Source: Candidatus Poribacteria bacterium (GTDB lineage Bacteria; Poribacteria; WGA-4E; WGA-3G). From it: a stretch of DNA of 64,000 bases. Shown here piece by piece: positions 60,973 to 64,000 of the stretch. The notes under the pieces are model-generated. The model ran no database searches. It saw nothing but the letters and a program-made list of their open reading frames with translations, and was not told where the DNA came from. The first letter of the stretch is position 1. The number at the start of each line of letters is the position of its first letter. The position numbers and the translations under genes are program-made. The stretch lies in assembly GCA_964291315.2 (NCBI GenBank), contig OZ219753.1, positions 160,001 through 224,000 of the forward strand. The letters are read 5' to 3'.

Positions 60973-61695
60973 ATGCTCAGAGCGATTACATTCGATTTTT
61001 GGCAAACCCTTTACGCTGACTCGGAAGAAAACTGGCAAAAACGTCAGGCGATACGGGCGAAAAAATGCCACATCTACTTGATCAGTCGTGATTATACTTG
61101 TAAGTTAGATGATGTCCTCTTCGGACTTGAAGAAGCATACAATTTGGTAATGACTCTATGGCATCAGCATCGAGGCGTATCCGTAAAACGATGCATGATT
61201 CGATTTGCAGAAGTGCTGGAGATGCAGCTGGAAGAGACAGATTTAAATCATCTAATTGCGTGCCTTGGTGTGGCTTTCTTGGAAGTACCGCCGATTATGA
61301 TACCACATGTCAAACCCGTGGTTTCGGGGCTTAGCGAAAACTATCCGCTTGGAATCATCTCAGATTCCGCATTGACACCGGGTAGTTTTGTGCGACAATT
61401 GATGGACCGGGACGGTATCCTACAATTTTTTTCGGCATTTACATTTTCTGACGAAACCGAGTATACAAAACCTCAAGCACCGCAGTTTCATTCAACCTTA
61501 GCAGAGCTCAACGCTGAACCAAAGGACGCGGTGCACATCGGTGACATTTTCCGAACTGATATTGTTGGCGCGAAAAACGCTGGGATGAAGGCAATTCGCT
61601 TCAAAGGTTTCAACAACGCGGAAGTAAACGACACCCTTAGCGATGCTGTTATTGATGACTACCGACAGCTAAAAGCTATTACCGCTGAACTTTGA
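60973..61695 (+). CDS. HAD-family hydrolase
   Basis: FDFWQTL, IISD, KP, HIGD...DIVGAKNAGM. Confidence 0.9.
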   Translation: MLRAITFDFWQTLYADSEENWQKRQAIRAKKCHIYLISRDYTCKLDDVLFGLEEAYNLVMTLWHQHRGVSVKRCMIRFAEVLEMQLEETDLNHLIACLGVAFLEVPPIMIPHVKPVVSGLSENYPLGIISDSALTPGSFVRQLMDRDGILQFFSAFTFSDETEYTKPQAPQFHSTLAELNAEPKDAVHIGDIFRTDIVGAKNAGMKAIRFKGFNNAEVNDTLSDAVIDDYRQLKAITAEL

Positions 61696-61722
61696 AAATA
61701 TAAGACTTTACGGAGAGTAAAA

Positions 61723-62631
61723 ATGGCAAATGTATTGGTTACCGGTGGTACAGGTTTCATTGGCAGTCGGGTATGTGAAGCCCTTCACCAAAAAGGCGAT
61801 ACGGTTTATGTATTATCTCGCAATCCAGCACGTGTCCAAAGTAAATTAGGTTCAGCAAAAGCAGTCTATGGTTGGAATCCGGAAACTGAGAAATTACCAA
61901 CAGAAGCTACATTAGATATGAATGCAGTTATCCATCTGGCAGGTGAAACTATTGCCGGTAGATGGAATGCTGAAAAGAAACGGAAAATACGGGAGAGTCG
62001 AATTCTTTCGACACAGAACCTTATTGCCTCTTTCTCCGATATGGATACTACCCCGGATGTACTCGTCTGTGCGTCGGCAATCGGATACTATGGGGGTAGC
62101 AACAACGGAAACTTCACAGAGGGATCGCCCGCTGGCACGGATTTTCTCGCCGAGGTCTGTAAAGAGTGGGAAGCAGAAGCACAGAAGGCCGATGAGCTCG
62201 GTATTCGGGTTGTCACAGTTCGGATCGGGCTTGTACTCGGATTAGGGGGTGGACTTTTACAACAGGTGCTTCCCCCTTTTAGAATGGGAGTCGGCGGTGT
62301 ACTCGGCAACGGCAAGCAGTGGATGTCTTGGATTCATATCGACGATGTGGTGGGTATTCTACTTCACGCCTTGGATAGTAGTCATATTCATGGAGCGTTG
62401 AACGCGACTGCCCCGACCCCCGTTCGGAACACGGAGTTTACGAAAACACTCGGCGCAGTGCTACGGCGACCAACACTATTTCCTGTTCCGACTTTTGGGT
62501 TAAAACTTATGATGGGTGAATTTGCGGACTTCGTTGTGTTGAGTCAGAAAGTTATTCCGGAGAGAACCGAGGCAAGTGGTTACGAATTTTACTATCGCAC
62601 GCTGGGATCCGCTCTCAACGCCCTCCTCTAA
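61723..62631 (+). CDS. TIGR01777/YfcH-family NAD-dependent epimerase
   Basis: TGGTGFIG, HLAGE, ASAIGYYG, GKQWMSWIHIDD. Confidence 0.92.
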   Translation: MANVLVTGGTGFIGSRVCEALHQKGDTVYVLSRNPARVQSKLGSAKAVYGWNPETEKLPTEATLDMNAVIHLAGETIAGRWNAEKKRKIRESRILSTQNLIASFSDMDTTPDVLVCASAIGYYGGSNNGNFTEGSPAGTDFLAEVCKEWEAEAQKADELGIRVVTVRIGLVLGLGGGLLQQVLPPFRMGVGGVLGNGKQWMSWIHIDDVVGILLHALDSSHIHGALNATAPTPVRNTEFTKTLGAVLRRPTLFPVPTFGLKLMMGEFADFVVLSQKVIPERTEASGYEFYYRTLGSALNALL

Positions 62632-62656
62632 GTGAGGGCATACAATGAAACAGACA

Positions 62657-63963
62657 TGCAGATTCGCGATGTTTTATTTTCTGCGTACGGAAATGCATCT
62701 GATGACCGACTTGCTGTCGGCTTTCGGGATGAGTAGGATGTCAACCTTGGCGTCTGATATGTCAATGAACAGACAATTCCGCACCAACAGATTCAGGCTG
62801 TTTGTGAAGGAGTCCTCTCCCCCGGAAAAAACACCGGGCTGCTCTTAATTACGGAGGGGCATAGGGCTCACTAAACCTGATTGCGTCACTCAAACGATTT
62901 TACATTAATAACCAAATTCGGGGGATAACTGCAGAGACTTTCCATAGTCGAGACATCATTATTGGCTCGAACGGCGCGACGAGCGTCTTGGAAAGCATCA
63001 CACACTTCCTTTCCTGTCGGGCTCGTGCTCACTGCGGACCCGATGTATTATATCTATTTAACGACTTGGATTGGCAAGGTTTCGACGTTATAGCGATACT
63101 CGAAGATGTAGAAGGAATCGATAGAGCACGTTTAAAAGACAAACTAACAGCATTCGGTAATCAGAAACAGACCACCTAATTTTTCTATGTTGTGACGGTC
63201 AACAATCCGACCTGCGCTATTCTATCCAATGAGCGTAAGAGAGATTTGGTCAGTATTGCTACGTAACTTTTATACGGAGTCAGTGGGAAGATCCTTGTTT
63301 TTTTCGATAATACCTATAGCGATCTCCTACATGGCAGCAACGTCCAACATCTAGAATCTGCTTTCTGCTATGATGAACTCGGTATCATCTATGAGATCGG
63401 CACGTTGTCAAAAATTCTCGCTCCCGGATTACGTATCGGCTATCTTATTGGTCCCAAGGGAGCCTTCCTAAACAGCATCATCCAGCGCACAAGCGACATC
63501 GGTTTTAGTGCCCCGCTAATCAATCAGGAAATTGTGAGTTATCTACTCGACCAAGGAATTGAAGAGCGAATCGCGAGGGTTAATAAGGCATACCGTCGGA
63601 AGGCAAAAGCCGTTAAAAGTGGATAACCGAATTATTGCTGGTAACGTTCAGGAATGCCGAGGTGGAAGAGTAGGCTTCTATTACTATCTGACCCTGAAGC
63701 AGACAGCAACCGATTCGCCCTCCAATTTCTTCAGGTTTTTAACCCGAACGACTGGAAAAGAGAGTATTGATGGACCATTAGATGCTCAGCTCTCTAAGGT
63801 AATTTATATACCTGACGAATACTGCGTCCATCCAAGTGGTGAGATGGTTGAGATTGGAAAACGGCAGTTCCGCATATCTTACGGATTTGAGGAACTGCCT
63901 CAGATTCACGCTACTTTGAAACTCATGAAGTCTGCGATAGTCTATAGTAGTAAAAACCCGTAG
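62657..63963 (+). pseudogene. Decayed PLP-dependent class I/II aminotransferase
   Basis: Fragments in several frames with in-frame stops: FRDE*DVNLGV*YVNE, GSNGATS, TVNNPT, FDNTY, GTLSKILAPGLRIGY, FRISYG. Confidence 0.82.
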
Positions 63964-64000
63964 CCCTAGCGAGGTACAGAGACTAGGCTACATAGTAAAG

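Noticed and set aside
1-64000. CRISPR array, tRNA/rRNA, IS transposase, reverse transcriptase or DGR
   Set aside because: No regularly spaced repeats, cloverleaf or rRNA signatures, or such enzyme motifs seen by eye

Overview
Mostly housekeeping and accessory chromosome from a diderm bacterium of roughly 48% GC (estimated by eye). The C-terminal 'V-x-P-x-GK-x-TT/TAW-x-x-K' motif on secreted proteins, NHL/TPR proteins and the gene mix suggest Candidatus Poribacteria (inference, not verified). Core genes include murB, purH, mutL, nusB, dprA, guaA, rplU-rpmA and an RNase E/G. The best lead is a solitary Eco57I/type IIG-like N6-adenine methyltransferase (19402-22631, minus strand). It is split exactly at a G9 tract; G10 or G7 gives a ~1076-aa protein with motif I, NPPY and a low-GC specificity cassette, so it is a candidate phase-variable epigenetic switch captured OFF. 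Other leads are an adjacent PorX/PorY-like two-component pair outside Bacteroidota, three long structured 5' leaders (Ig-like lipoprotein, giant TPR gene, rne), an ECF sigma/ZAS anti-sigma/1564-aa TPR locus, an NHL-propeller/beta-barrel fusion and several gene remnants. I saw no rRNA, tRNA, CRISPR array or intact transposase.
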